Assembly (NCBI GenBank): GCA_949358305.1
Contig: OX442314.1
Coordinates: 33,108,001 to 33,172,000 of the forward strand
Length of the DNA stretch: 64,000 nt
Source of the DNA: Strigamia acuminata
Taxonomy: Eukaryota
Direction of reading: 5' to 3'
The notes under the pieces were generated by a model. The model was not told where the DNA came from. It worked only from the letters and a program-made list of their open reading frames with translations, and made no database searches. This document shows positions 12,021 to 24,779 of this stretch, piece after piece. The position numbers and the translations under genes are program-made. Each line of letters starts with the position of its first letter. Position 1 is the first letter of the stretch.

Positions 12021-13747
12021 GCTTAAATTTTATCCTCATAAATTTTTATGTTGTCTTTTTATTCCCATTTTTATTAGTAGTACTGTACTAAGCAACAATT
12101 TTAAGCCACAAATGAGGTGGAAATGGGAAATAGTTAGCGAGACTATAAAAGAAAGAGTTTTTCTCTATTTGGTACTATTTATTGTAATAAAATTTCAATG
12201 GATCTCACCTCAGATTTAAATACATCAACTTGGCCATTTTGCTGGAAAATCCGTCCAAACTCTGTACCTTGTTGTTTCTTAGATGAAGTATGACGAGACG
12301 GATTAAAGAGTCGATTCCATCGAGTTTAGAAATTTCGTTTTCTGCCTGTGGTATTAAAGCAAACAAGAGTATAAAATTCAAAATTCAAACTACACCTGGC
12401 ATCGTTTTTTCAATTAGTTTGCCAAGGTTAGATAGACCAATAAACTGGGATGCTCATAGGTAACGATTGACAAGAATCCCATCACATGGTTCTGCGAACA
12501 TGTGTGACCAACATTATCATTGCTATCATTGATCCTCAGCAGCTCCTACGACATAACGCCGGAGTTCTCATTGCAGCCAACGAGAACAGAGGATTCTGCA
12601 AGATGTCAGTCTGTGGTAAGACTACTACGTCTGACACAGTACAACTCCTCTCACGAGTGGCTGGTCAAGTGTCCCATCTCATCAACCAGTTGCAGGGAGC
12701 TGCAAGGGGCCGCATATTAAATTGAGCTGTCAGTTAGTGTTAGATGTCTGCACTTTCTTAAAAAGAAATTTGTTGAACAAATCTTAAATTTAATTTCTAC
12801 CAAATAAAGACGTTTGAGGTTGGGCAAATTGAATCCTGCGGCTGTTTCCAGTTTATTTCCTCTCAGCTCCAAGGTGTGCAATCGAATAAGACGATCTGGA
12901 TGAAGGACGTTAATCAATTTGAGTTTATTATCTACATAAAAAAAGAAGAAAAAAACAATAATAATTATTGGAGCACTTTATTGACACGGCAAACTCAAAC
13001 TGTGAGTGGACGGACAGACGCCACGTGGTCAGGAGAGGGCCACGAGGCGCTGGATAATAATAATAATACCATGCACAAATTACTTACATTTCAATTGGAG
13101 TATTTCCAATTCCGAGTGATACAATCCTTGCATCGAAGTAAATTTATTTTTCGACACATCAATGTACTAAGAAAAAAATTTAAAAACATCTTATTACATA
13201 TATATAATATATACAAGTTATATATTTTATACCTGGAGAAATTTCATTTCTTTTTTAATTCCTGCGTTGAGAAGATTGACGTCTGCTTTAAGGCTTAATA
13301 AATAAGGAATGGTTGAAAGTGGAGTTAAATCACTTATTCGATTAGAACTGATATCCACATAGCGCAAATGCTTGTAATCTTTCAATAGCATAATATCTGT
13401 GAGATTTCTAAAATCAAACACGTCAATATGCGGTAACTTGTATTTAAGCTTTCTATTTCAATTCCTACCTGTTTATTGCTTGGAACCTGACGTACGAATA
13501 TCCAAGTCCATTTCCTGTCTTCTCTATTGTAGATAAACATTCAGGCAGAATTTCTTGGCTTAAAGGAGTTGGCGCCGGCGTGATTCGAAGTTTTGAATCG
13601 CCATCATTCTAGCAAAGAAAAAGGGACGATTAATGAAATTGAGGCAACCCACCCTTGTACACCGTTAATTAACCCTTTAGATACGTGTAAACATGAATCA
13701 AATCGAACCTCAGATTCCGTCAAACCGCTTAAGTCATCACTGCTCAT
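11609..13747 (-). CDS. LRRC23: Leucine-rich repeat-containing protein 23 (axonemal radial-spoke LRR protein), multi-exon; 3' end uncertain
   Basis: Exons read PTPLSQEILPECLSTIEKTGNGLGYSYVR, NLTDIMLLKDYKHLRYVDISSNRISDLTPL..LLSLKADVN, LHTLELRGNKLETAAGFNLPNLKRLYL, LHLRNNKVQSLDGFSSKMAKLMYLNLR and NPLEDE..IDVLIHIPGLARVDK. This matches the LRRC23 sequence order as I recall it. Confidence 0.85.
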
Positions 13748-13825
13748 CTCAACGTTGTGAATTATTTATTCCTCATTTAACGACAAGGAAAAATAAAGAC
13801 AACAATTAAATATGGCCGCCTTTTC

Positions 13826-14260
13826 TCACTTGTCAATAAATAAAATTGGGTTGCCCTGGTAACCACATAATAATATAATAGAAATAATAATCTTGATTCT
13901 CCCAATTACCGAGCGAGTGTGCCTGCCATAAAACGGACCGAAGCTCAAAAAGCTGACAAGTGTGTGCTCATTTATTGGCCGATAATCTATGCACAATCTC
14001 GGGTCCGAACCCGGTCTCATTACTAATACAATTCTAGCTCCGTAGTGGCCTTCAGCTGGATACACGTATCCCGTGTCTTTTATTTCTTGGCACAATTGGC
14101 GCAAAATTTCTCGCTTTTGTAGATCCAACTCCTAAACGGCACTTTTATTCGCTTGTCCGTGTCCAAGTTTATTGCACGTGAGTTTTTCCTGGAGTTTTGG
14201 TGAGGATTTCCTCATATTTCTTAAGAACCCTTTCTAGTTGCAATTTGGCATCTTCCACTA
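13826..14260 (-). pseudogene. Ty3/Gypsy reverse transcriptase N-terminal fragment
   Basis: IVLVMRPGSDPRLCIDYRPINEHT matches the P-VLVxKxDGxxRxCIDYRxLN motif; degenerate. Confidence 0.7.
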
Positions 14261-14617
14261 ACAAGGGGAGCACATGAATAACACACTCACAGATTGTTGT
14301 CATATTAAACAAGAAGGATTGTTATATCATGCTGAATGAGACTCTAAAGTAATTTCATTCCATAAACAGCCAACAATGCAAACAATGAGCTCAAAGTTTG
14401 CACTATTTTGTCTGTGTATGCATCCAATCTGAGCAATCAGGCCTAGTGTATGAATACTGTAAACAACAGTTGCTAGGTAAAAAATAGTTCCAAGATCCAA
14501 GTTCAATTTTATCATTTGAGATTTAATGATGTCATTTCCTCATTTGATATCACATGACATATGACATCAGAACTTTGTTCACCAACATGACTGTCTTCAG
14601 AAAGGCAATAATAGTTT

Positions 14618-14688
14618 GTAGTGGTGGTGCAGTGGTTAGGCAATGGACTAGGAATCTTTCCATACAGGTTCAAATCCTGCTGTCTGTG
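14618..14688 (+). pseudogene. tRNA-derived Pol III cassette (left arm of palindrome 1)
   Basis: A-box TGGTGCAGTGG, anticodon-like loop GGA-CTAGGAA-TC, intact T-arm CAGG-TTCAAAT-CCTG, followed by a T-run. Acceptor and D stems are degenerate. Confidence 0.65.
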
Positions 14689-14860
14689 AAAATTTTTTAC
14701 TTTTATTTTTTAATTTTTTTAGCAGTAAATTTAATGTTTGTAATTTTATGTTTGTTTTTAGAAAACTTTAATTAAAAAAATTTTAATTTTTTAACAAACA
14801 TAAAATTACAAACATTAAATTACTGCTAAAAAAATTAAAAAATAAAAGTAAAAAGTTTTC

Positions 14861-14930
14861 ACAGACAGCAGGATTTGAACCTGTGTGGAAAGATTCCTAG
14901 TCCATTGCCTAACCACTGCACCACCACTAC
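14861..14930 (-). pseudogene. tRNA-derived Pol III cassette (right arm of palindrome 1)
   Basis: Reverse complement of 14618-14688 with one substitution. Confidence 0.65.
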
Positions 14931-15288
14931 AAACTATTATTGCCTTCCTGAAGACAGCCTTTTTTATTGAACAAAGTTCTGATGTCATATGTCATGTGAT
15001 ATCAAATGAGGAAATGACATCATTAAATCTCAAATGATAAAATTGAACTTGGATCTTGGAACTATTTTTTACCTAGCAACTGTTGTTTACAGTATTCATA
15101 CACTAGGCCTGATTGCTCAGATTGGATGCATACACAGACAAAATAGTGCAAACTTTGAGCTCATTGTTTGCATTGTTGGCTGTTTATGGAATGAAATTAC
15201 TTTAGAGTCTCATTCAGCATGATATAACAATCCTTCTTGTTTAATATGACAACAATCTGTGAGTGTGTTATTCATGTGCTCCCCTTGT

Positions 15289-15600
15289 AAATCATGAATG
15301 CCATTTCACACTTCAAGCTGACAGTGAGCCTAAAAGGCTTGGAAATTTGTCCCATTGTCTTCACCAGGGGTAGGAACACGCAACTTCTGTTAGCTCCAGA
15401 GTCTAAGGTTGCTATTATACTCCCCTTTTCGGTGGAGATTTCCATTGTTGTCATTGCTCTTAGAATTTTATGGTTTGGAATTATTGCATTAAAAACTCTT
15501 ACTCTCGGACTATCTTCAGGGTCAAGCTTGGTAAGTTCCTGGAACAGCTTGTCCATTATTACCAGTTTTGTTGGCGCTTCCATCATCCAAGCTGCTTCTG
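15289..15600 (-). pseudogene. Ty3/Gypsy aspartic protease fragment
   Basis: IIATLDSGANRSCV motif, on the same strand as and upstream of the RT fragment on the other side of the palindrome. Confidence 0.65.
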
Positions 15601-15715
15601 AAGGCGTATTTTCATGTTTCTTTTACATTATCCCAGAATATATTTGCTTCATTTGCTTCAATTTAATCATTTTTTTGTTTTGTTTTTACCCTAAAAAATT
15701 ATTAGCTCGTAGTAG

Positions 15716-15978
15716 AATCAATATGCACAATATGGCTAGTTGCCTCCGACGGACTTAAACGCGGGAAAATTTGCTCGCAGAGGAGCAGTTGAAAGATGCT
15801 ATTCGTGTGTTGCAACGTTATGCGGGTATTTCCGAAACCGGGGTTTGTGGACGAAGGGAGAATACATGTCATGACCAGGCGTCGTTGTGGAATTCCAGAT
15901 GTGGTTGGAACTTCAGACAGAGGTCGACAGTACACACTCCAAGGCGGAAAATGAAATCACCTCAATCTCACATGGAGG
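15716..15978 (+). pseudogene. Isolated matrix metalloproteinase pro-domain exon (arthropod MMP2-like), disrupted
   Basis: Reads QYG*LPPTDLNAG/LLAEEQLKDAIRVLQRYAGISETG/..MTRRRCGIPDVVGTSDRGRQYTLQGGK*NHLNLTW, including the cysteine switch RCGxPD. It has stops and frameshifts, and I see no catalytic exon nearby. Confidence 0.75.
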
Positions 15979-16409
15979 CGAGTTACTCTTTAGTAGTGAG
16001 AATGCTGTATTTGTTCATCAATTTGCACAAGGTTTTTTTTTTTTTTTTTTTTATCATGTTTCGAGTTTGTTTTCTGTTTTCTTTTAGTGTACATGCACGT
16101 ACACTAAAATTAAATCTATGTAATTAACCTTCCCATAGCCATGGTGGGTCAAAAAAATTACAGAAGTGGAAAAATCACTGTAATTCTTTTTTTCCTGAAA
16201 ATTAATTAATGAGGTTAGCTTTTATTTCTCAAAAACCTTTTTTTCTTATTTTATAATGTCTTAATACAAATTGTTTTTCAATTATTATTAAGATAATTTA
16301 ATATTTATAACATAAAACACCCTTATTGTGAGCGCTGTACACCGCTTTGCCATGTGTTTGCACTTAGTGGCGTATTAAAATTAGTCCTAAAACATGTGCT
16401 TTATACACA

Positions 16410-18890
16410 ATATGCTGGATGGAGACTGTGGTGAAAATATGTTTTGTTATTGAGACGAGCAGAGATGTCTTTGCCAAACAGGATATGCTTCTTATCAAAG
16501 CCAATGTAACTTAATATTTTTTACAACTTTATAATTAAGTTAAACCTAATTCTTTTGTTGTTATTTACTTGTTGAGGTGAAATTATAATTCCACCATCAC
16601 ATCGCCATCACACTTTCGACTATCTTAACCCGGTTATTATACGTATTGCAGTGACCCTGATGGTCACTGAGTGATTTAAGAAGAACAGTTTTATGTTTTT
16701 TATCATAATTTGTGTGTTATATCGTGTTTTCCAAGCGTTTTATTATCTATTGGACAAAGAAAATTGAGAATTCCAGAGCAATCATCACGTTTTTCCAAAT
16801 ATCATTATGCTGTATCTAAAAAGAATAAATATCACCATGTTTTATTTCACTAATAAAAAACCGACTTCTTTATTTGCACAATCATTTAATTGCACCACCT
16901 TGAGTCACTGGAAACCAGTGCTGGAATCACCACAGCAACCAGCCCTGGATGGTGCCCAGGATGTGCATCCTGCTCCCGGATAAAGGGTTATGGCGCAATC
17001 TAAATTCGTATAAGGAGTTGTGGTGCAATTCGCCTAGGAGTTCTGGGAGAAAATTGCTCCTCAACTTCAGTTCAAGTCTCCTTTCCAAACAGTCACAACA
17101 TGTCAAGTATTGCTCCAGTTCACAAACACAGTAATTATTTGATTTGTGATATTTTGCCAAAGTTCTTGGATTCACCTTGCTGCCAGGGAAAAGCAGCTAG
17201 GTTTCATCTTGCTAGTAGGATTTACTAGCTAGATATTTGTCTTGCCATTAGGGATTCTGTGGCTAGATTTATCTTGCTCAAACAGCCAGTTTGAGCTGAG
17301 ATTTCAGTGGAGTTTTGTAGCCATCTTGATTGTATCAAGGAGGGAGTTTATCTTTGCACTCAGAGCAAGGGAGTCTTAGCCTTGGACTTTAACAAGCGGG
17401 CGCCTCCTTGAGCGTTTAATCAAGAAGAAATCGAGTAGCAATACGAGATTTACTGTGTGAGACGTACGAGAGACGGACGACATCGCCGCAGCCTACGGAA
17501 CCACCACGGGACCCGAATTGCGAGACGCCGCCCGAGACGAACCACGACGACCAGCCGCCACGGAATTTCTCAGGCCCGAGAAATTACCTGAACAGCCAGC
17601 CGCCGAGGAGGAGAGTTTGCAGAAGCTTGAGTAGTGTTGAAAAGTGCGAAAGCACGTCCTTTCCGGATATCCCGGCACTATTCTCGCCATTTGCAAGTTG
17701 CGTTGTTGCCATTTGCAACAATCAAGAAGAAGTAACGAAACCACGACGTTGCAAGCCAGCCACGTCGCGGGAGAAGTTTTATTGTTTCCATTTACTAACA
17801 ATTCGTATTATTTCAACTAGTATTGTTTAATTTAACATTATTTGTATAATTAACCCAATTGGCACCCTGAATAAATAGAAATAGTCATTTTAAGTAAAGA
17901 AAGTGTATTTTATTAAGTAAGTTAATTTTATTAGTCAGTTTTAGCCTGAGAAGGAATATTAATTTAATCATTAATATTTCTCCTCATTTGAAGTTATCTG
18001 TTTAGAATATTAGAAGAATATTCAGGTTTTGATAAGACCCGTCGTGGCACCCGTTGTGACCTTATTTGCAAAGGTGACATTTGAGATCACAACAGTATGT
18101 CTCCATGTTTTGTGAATGAAGATTGTGATCAATCATCAATTTGCAATGAAACGGAGCACGAATGTATATGTCAGCCAGGATATTTTCTTATCGAAATTCA
18201 AAGTAATGTTGGCTGTATGTATAACAGTATATTATGGTTTATAACAGTTGTTTTTTTATTCCTTCTTAAAGTTACACATATTATTAAGTTACTGTATTAC
18301 TACACATATCTGCGCATCCTGGGATAGAGCCAATATACACCTATAGTACATCGGCAGACCTTAAAGAATTCTACCTTGGAGATGAAATTCAATTTCCCGT
18401 TCAACGGATTGCGTTGTATCTTCATCCGTTTCATTGCATCATTCCCCATAAGCATAAATCTCATTTCATTTGAATGGATTTTTAGACTTCCTAATGGCTG
18501 TGCCTTTTTATAAGCAGTATCTATTGCCATATTTGGTCCAACTCCAATTATTACATGATCTATCCCCATTGCCTTCACCAGGGATAGGGACACGCAACTT
18601 CTGTTAGATTATTATTATTAAACATAAATCAACTGTGTATTTATTTCACTCTCTAAAATTTGTATTAACAGGTATCAAAGTAGACATAAGCACGAATTTA
18701 ATAAATTAAAGTCTGATCACATGTATTCCTGATGATGGTATGCAGAAAGGTATTTAATCAATTTATTTCAGCAATCAGTTAATTTTGCTTTGTGCCTTTG
18801 AAGAGCAATAATTGGTGACGTTTGTAGTTTCAATGAGAATTGCAAAATTGAAAATTCAGTTTTCCGCAACCAGCACCGTGTGTGCAATTA
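16410..18890 (+). pseudogene. Scattered Cys-rich EB/EGF-like exon remnants (~16410-16507, 18097-18216, 18805-18890)
   Basis: DGDCGENMFCY*DEQRCLCQTGYASYQSQC; SPCFVNEDCDQSSICNETEHECICQPGY; IGDVCSFNENCKIENS. Confidence 0.45.
18300..18608 (-). pseudogene. Second fragment of the same Gypsy protease family as 15289-15600
   Basis: CATTG(C/T)CTTCACCAGGG.TAGG.ACACGCAACTTCTGTTAG is shared with ~15354-15393. Confidence 0.55.
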
Positions 18891-19060
18891 TAGTTATTTT
18901 TCTCAAAGATATGAATATAAACTTGTTTATTATTGTATTTTACGTATAAGTCTTTGTAAAAGCTTCCCCCGATTGACGAGGATCAGGTGCGAGAGCCTAG
19001 CAACCTTTTCAATTCTTTGAAAACTGTTTTTTCAATTTCTCATTGCAATTTCTCATTGCA

Positions 19061-19560
19061 GGGCGAAAACGCCATGTTTAGGTTTCACTTGGAAGACCCT
19101 GTGGACGCGTTTGAAATAGGCAAAGTGTCGGGTTGGATAATCGTGAAAAACCAAACGCGACTGGACAGCGAGAAATATTCACAACTCGACCTCAAGGTGT
19201 TTGCGATCGAGAAAACTCGCAGCGTCCTTGGAATTGCCGAACCGCGTTCCGCCCAAGTGGAAGTGCATCTCATTGATACCAACGACAACGATCCCGCCGT
19301 CTACCGCTTCAACGTGAGCGAAACCGCTTCCGCCGGCGCCGTCGTCGGATCAGTAAAAAATAAAATAAAACCAACGGTGAACGAATTGCTGAAATTTTTG
19401 TTTTGTTTTGTTTTACAGGTGCGAGCGGTCGACGCCGACCGAGATGAAAACGGTCGCGTGTTCTACTTCAAGTATCCGGATTCGTCGGGCTCGCCGTTCG
19501 ACATCGATCGCGAAAACAGATCCATCTTCGTCGCCAAAAGTCCGGCTGAGGTTCCTTCGG
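19061..19560 (+). pseudogene. Cadherin-repeat exons with a retained intron (fragment)
   Basis: TRLDSEKY...VEVHLIDTNDNDP..YRFNVSETASAGAVVGSV|RAVDADRDENGRV contains the LDxE, DxNDN and AxDxD cadherin motifs. Confidence 0.75.
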
Positions 19561-19733
19561 TGAAAGCGGCGAATTCACTTTATTCGTCGGCGCTGGCGAT
19601 AAACCGGGAGAAGCATCCGAACGAAGGTACACATTCAAAAACGTAGAAATCAAACCAATTGCAACTGATGACATTCATCCGATCCAATTTGACTTTCGCC
19701 GTTTCTATCGGATTACTAGTGAGTAGTAATATA

Positions 19734-21884
19734 TGTGATGAGACGACCTCGAAGCGGGATGTTGGCCAACTACCGGACTTGCATTTCTCGCCCTAATAAA
19801 GAATGATCAATAATCACATGACTATCTGATAAGCGAAGAAATAATCACATGACTATTCCAAAATGCACGTATAAATGGCATATAAATGGACTTGTTCCAT
19901 GGCCATGGTGCACGCCCTCCTCTAAAGTAATAAAATTAACTATTTGAGACAGGAGAAACCGAGCACCCCATTCCAACCCTTTAATCACCATATTGCAGAC
20001 AGGAAAGAGAGAATCTATCGCCGATTTTCTCCCCCTCCCCAGTGACGTCATCCCCTTCAGAGAGACGCCTTCCTGTCTAGAAGGACCCGACTCCCCCTGA
20101 AGCTCAGAGAAGTATATTAGTCACGCCCCCAATTTAAAGGGCGAGTTAAAGACGGCTTAACCCGTCTAGCACACTGTTATGACTGGTTGCATAACCGTTG
20201 TGCTCCCCTAGTGTTACTTAGTGGCCCTACCCCTGGGTATTTAAGGGCTCACACTAGCTTATTTGCCTTTGTTGCATTACCTTTGATATTTGACCTTAAA
20301 CATTTATTGATTGAAGCCTTCTGGTTGATACAATTATGTTGTGCGTCAATTTCATTGGCGCACAGGCAAGCGTTGTTGTTTGGCCCTACACGCAACGGCA
20401 CAATTACTAGATGAGTAAACAAGTACTAGTACTAACCGTAAAGACTTTGCTGCCTGGTTAAGTTCCACGGCGAGTCAGAGTGGCCATGGAGGAGGAGATA
20501 GGTTTTGTTGCCGGCATCTGGACGTTTCTGCCGTGGAGACGTTGAGAAACCCACCCACCAAAGGTAAACCGTTCCTTTTTACTTTGCTTTACTCATGGTG
20601 TCTAGAATACTGGCCATAGTTATTGCTATTCTCTTAGCCCTTCCTTATGTACCGTAGTGTCTAAGTATACTGGCCATGGCGTGCACCTTGCTAATACTTA
20701 TGGTTGATCGGTATTACTACTCACAATGTCTAGTTCGCTGGTTGTGAGTCCGCCAAATGTCAGTGAAAGGTGGCTAACTAGTGTTCTGGCCTAGTTTGTC
20801 TTTTCCGATTTACCACTCATCTTCCAGCGCTCGCTGCTTATTCCGTAAGACCAAGGGTGTCCAAGTATACTGGCCCTTGTGTTCACTTCTTCACCCCACG
20901 GTTTAACCTGCTTACCTGTGTTGAGCGACGTGGGATTACTTTTATTCTTCCCTTAACATTTACATACCTAGCTTTGCCTTTCTGATCCGGACCTAGCGGT
21001 CAGAAGGGGTTATTTGTGACGGGACCAGAGTCACAAAGAACCGCTTATGCAATCAATCCACCTGTCCAAGTATTGTTGATGTTGCCCACGGATAAGATAT
21101 GGCAGTCTTATCATCACCGTCGATTTGCTAGTTAGCTCAATTGATGTGTTTTATTAGTTAAGACTACAGAGTGTTGTTAGTTGGTAACAATGGATCTGTG
21201 TTATGTCAGTGTAATGGTGCTAAATAGTATTGTGAAACCCCGTTGGAAAATACCCATTATGTCTCGTAATTCTGTCAGCGTAATGTCAAATCTTAGTATT
21301 TGTATAATTGTTTGAGTGAGGTATTTAAACTCCCTCCCTCCGTACTCAATGAGTATATCCTGTCAAAGCGCTGATAAATATATGTTAGTTTGATTGTTAC
21401 GTGAGCTTATTAATATTCGGCCTAATTGACCATGAATAAATGGTGATTGTTATGTTTTGATAAATATTGTGTTTGCTCATTCCTTTATATTTACTCATAT
21501 ATCAATCTATTAATTACGTCAGCTGTTGCTTATATATTGATCATTCGAATGCTGTGCTATTTACTTATTCCTAATTGTTACGAAGTCAGATCCCTTCTTA
21601 TTTAATTGTTTACTTGTGTTTCAATGAGGCCGACAAGAGTGAAGAACTACACAGTTCTCCCCTCTTGTGACGACACAGACATTCCTCCCAAGGCCAGAGC
21701 CTTGGAATGTTCTATGGATGGCCATCTGTCTCCTTCTATGGCACTCCATTTCCGTGGAGTCAATCCTGTCGCCATCTTTCCTTTTGCTGCTGTTCATATG
21801 AACTATGGAAGACTAATGCTAGTCCCCTGTTATTAGTAATCTATGGTCGTGGTATGTTTTGATAAGCTAGGTCTTCCCGTCACA
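19734..21884. mobile_element. Large solo LTR (2151 bp)
   Basis: TGTGATG...CGTCACA termini, 4-bp TSD TATA on both sides, no coding domain. Confidence 0.7.
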
Positions 21885-22293
21885 TATATAATTTATTTAT
21901 TTCAATTGATTTTATTTTTTTCGCGTAGTTATTCGTTCACGGCATCGTGTGCATTTCGGTTTCAGCCGAAATAAGAAGTCTCATTTATAAAAATTTTCAA
22001 TTCATATAATTTTTTTTAAAATACTAATTTTATTTTTATATGATTATAGATGCGTGGATTATTTTACGCTCTTATGTTGTTTGCGTTTACCAGGGCGGAA
22101 ATATACTGCGGAACTTTGGTTTATCATTCATGGAATTTGGCATTTGAATCGTCGATGGTAACCCCAACAACAAACCGTAGGATTTCCGCAATTCCACGGA
22201 TAACACCGAGGGATCCCGCAAGCACATCGGTCAAAAAAGCAGTAAAAACTCCCTGCCTGTATCGTCGGTCTAAACGACTAAGACGACAGACGC

Positions 22294-22620
22294 AGGACGA
22301 GAACAACAACGCTCCGACATTTATGGAGATGCCCAGCTAATTGCGCAAGTCGGGGAGAATCTACTGGCGGGTATGGTCGTAACCACGGCGATGACCAGAG
22401 ACCCAGACTCCAATTTGGTGCTCAGGTTTTCACTGGACGACAAGAATGGCACAGTGCCGTTTCAAATACACTCTCAAACGTATTTATTTTATTTTATTTT
22501 GTTTTTCTTTATTAAAATTTGATTTAAAATTATCCGTTCGTTAGAGAGGTGGTCACCACCCGGTCTACCTTGGACTTTGAAACCGTCGAAGAGTACAATG
22601 TGGACATCTCCGTGACCATC
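22294..22620 (+). pseudogene. Further cadherin-repeat fragment with an intron
   Basis: QDENNNAPTF...VGEN...RDPDSN..FQIHSQT|..TRSTLDFETVEEYNVDISV; disrupted. Confidence 0.65.
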
Positions 22621-24779
22621 ATCCAGAGACAGACTGACCGGTTGGATTCAGCGTCACCCAAACGAGACGAACACTTCTTGGGTTCCCGCTGGAGTTTTCG
22701 GCGCTCGACCCAAATGTCTTCCGGGCATCGACCGAGGCAGAGCACGATGGCCTACTCCAACCGCGATCGTCACGTCTGCGACCGTCCCAACGAAGGTCAC
22801 TACAACTGTAGCTCCACAGGCACAGTTCGATATTTCATCGGCCGGAACCGAGCCACTGCCCAAGACAACGTTCCTTGTCTCAAAGCCTATTAAAGAATCG
22901 GCTTTTAAAAAGTTATTAAGGGTATACCCCTATTTTAACTACACATCCAGCACGCGGACATTACTGTTTAATGACAGTTTGTGAGAGCATTTTCTCATGT
23001 TCCCATGCTAACACTTGTTTAAGCCTTTTCATGGCATGCGGTATTGTTGTAAGAATGAGATGCTGTTTGATTAAGTGCAATCATTATTCTAAGTTTTGTT
23101 TGTTCGCATCATTTGTATTATTAAATCAGTAAAGGACTTGAATTCACACAGATCAGTTGTGTTTCTTGAGTCTCCTGAACCCCAGCTTTTAAGACCCCTT
23201 TTTGGTCAGTGCTGTTAGTCTCCTCCAACCACTTCCTCCTGCGGTCGACTCTGACGCATGACTGACGCATGACTGACCTGGGTAGCGGGTTAGGTCAGTC
23301 ATGCGTGGACAAAACCAACCTCACCCCTCCCCCACTTCTTCTGCCACTCCAAGTGCAAGACAGACAAGTGGTGACCATCCACCACTACAGTAAAATCTGC
23401 TAAAGAGTTTGAGTGGTTAGAAAACTACATTCGGCTCTGAGAACCTGCGATACTCCACTGTCGACTTCTCAGAGCGAGAATTGAGCCCGAATACGGGCTT
23501 TATCAACGAACAATGATGTGCAAGTTAGGCTTCATGTCAACCCTGGGCTGAGCTCAGGACCGTGCTTGGGCTTGGACCTACAGAATACACCGTCTACCGA
23601 ATCATTAACCCAAGCAACAACCCAACAGACACGCTGCCCCACACATCGGAAGTGATGCCCGTCGCACCTCCCGAAGTGGTCCAATCGATGGGCCACTCCT
23701 GAAAAGGAATCGTACGTTCTTTTTCCCCTTTTTGAATTCATTTAAAAATGGGAGGAATGTGATCTCTATTGTTTTATTTGTTTGCAATAAATTATCACCA
23801 CTTAGAAATATTTGTAAAATTTTAGTTTGTTTGGTATAAACTTTGTTTTTGTTTTGACATTGACAGTAATGCCATTAAATTTACAATATAATGCATATTT
23901 TTTTTCGTATTGCTCATTTTCAGCCAATACATCAGATAGTAGATAGTGAAATATGGCCTATAATAATTTGTAAGTAAACTGCTAGTATAAAATATAATTA
24001 AACTGCATATCTGACCACCTACATTGCCACCCATTTGCGCTGATATGTGATTATTTATACACACTGGAGGAGGATGTGTGTTTTCGCCAGATCAAAACAA
24101 ATTTAAGAATTTTTTAAATTGCTTTGGTTACACAAACTGTTGAATTTTGATATTTGTCTTATGCTAGCAACAAGAAATACATTTAAACAAGTCAGCGTGA
24201 CATCGAAAATTGCATACGGCAATGACTGCTATCATATTGGGTTGACATGTGATTTGTAAAATGGATTATTACCCAGATGGCTAATATTGCATGAGGCAGG
24301 ATGGTAATTTGTTGATTATTTTTGTCGTTTTCATATTTATTTATTTGTAGTTAGTGAAACACCATCAATTGCTGAACCAAATCCTCTAGATTCCTACAGT
24401 CCAAATCCACCCCAGTGAAGTGAACCTAAAACACCGATTTCAGGGATAATATCGAATGAAATAAGTGATCTCTGAAGCAGATTTAAACCACGGGGAGCCA
24501 ACTTCCAAGCCACGAGTCGAATTCACGGTTAGAAAGGAGGAAGAAACTGGACAACCCCACTTGCTTTACCCTAGTTCTACGACGTGAAGAAAATAACAGA
24601 GAGCAATGAAGCAAATAGATTCCTTTGACATGAAAATAAAATGTTCTTATTTGTAATCTGTCAATTCAGAGTTGGATTATTGGTAAAGGTATTTAGCATT
24701 TAGCTGTATTTAGTGTATCCTCTGCAGCTCCAGTATTGGGTTTCAAATTTTCAGTGTTTGGGTTGGCCTTTTACACAGT

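Larger units (their letters stand above)
14261..15288. mobile_element. ~1.03-kb palindromic (fold-back) element, copy 1, inserted in a Gypsy protease-RT remnant
   Basis: Starts ACAAGGGGAGCACATG and ends CATGTGCTCCCCTTGT. The ~495-bp arms are near-exact reverse complements (the ORF track shows the same 62-aa translation on both strands). AT-rich imperfect centre at ~14755-14792. Confidence 0.9.

Noticed and set aside
14618..14688. Functional tRNA-Pro(AGG) gene
   Set aside because: Acceptor, D and anticodon stems pair poorly and the unit sits inside a repeated element, so I called it tRNA-derived.
14327..15222. Identical 62-aa ORFs on opposite strands as real genes
   Set aside because: They follow from the palindrome; no recognisable domain.
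16570..18093. Another solo LTR (LTR-like composition, AATAAA, ends GGTGACA or CACAACA)
   Set aside because: I could not find a matching start with a TSD, so the boundaries are unsupported.
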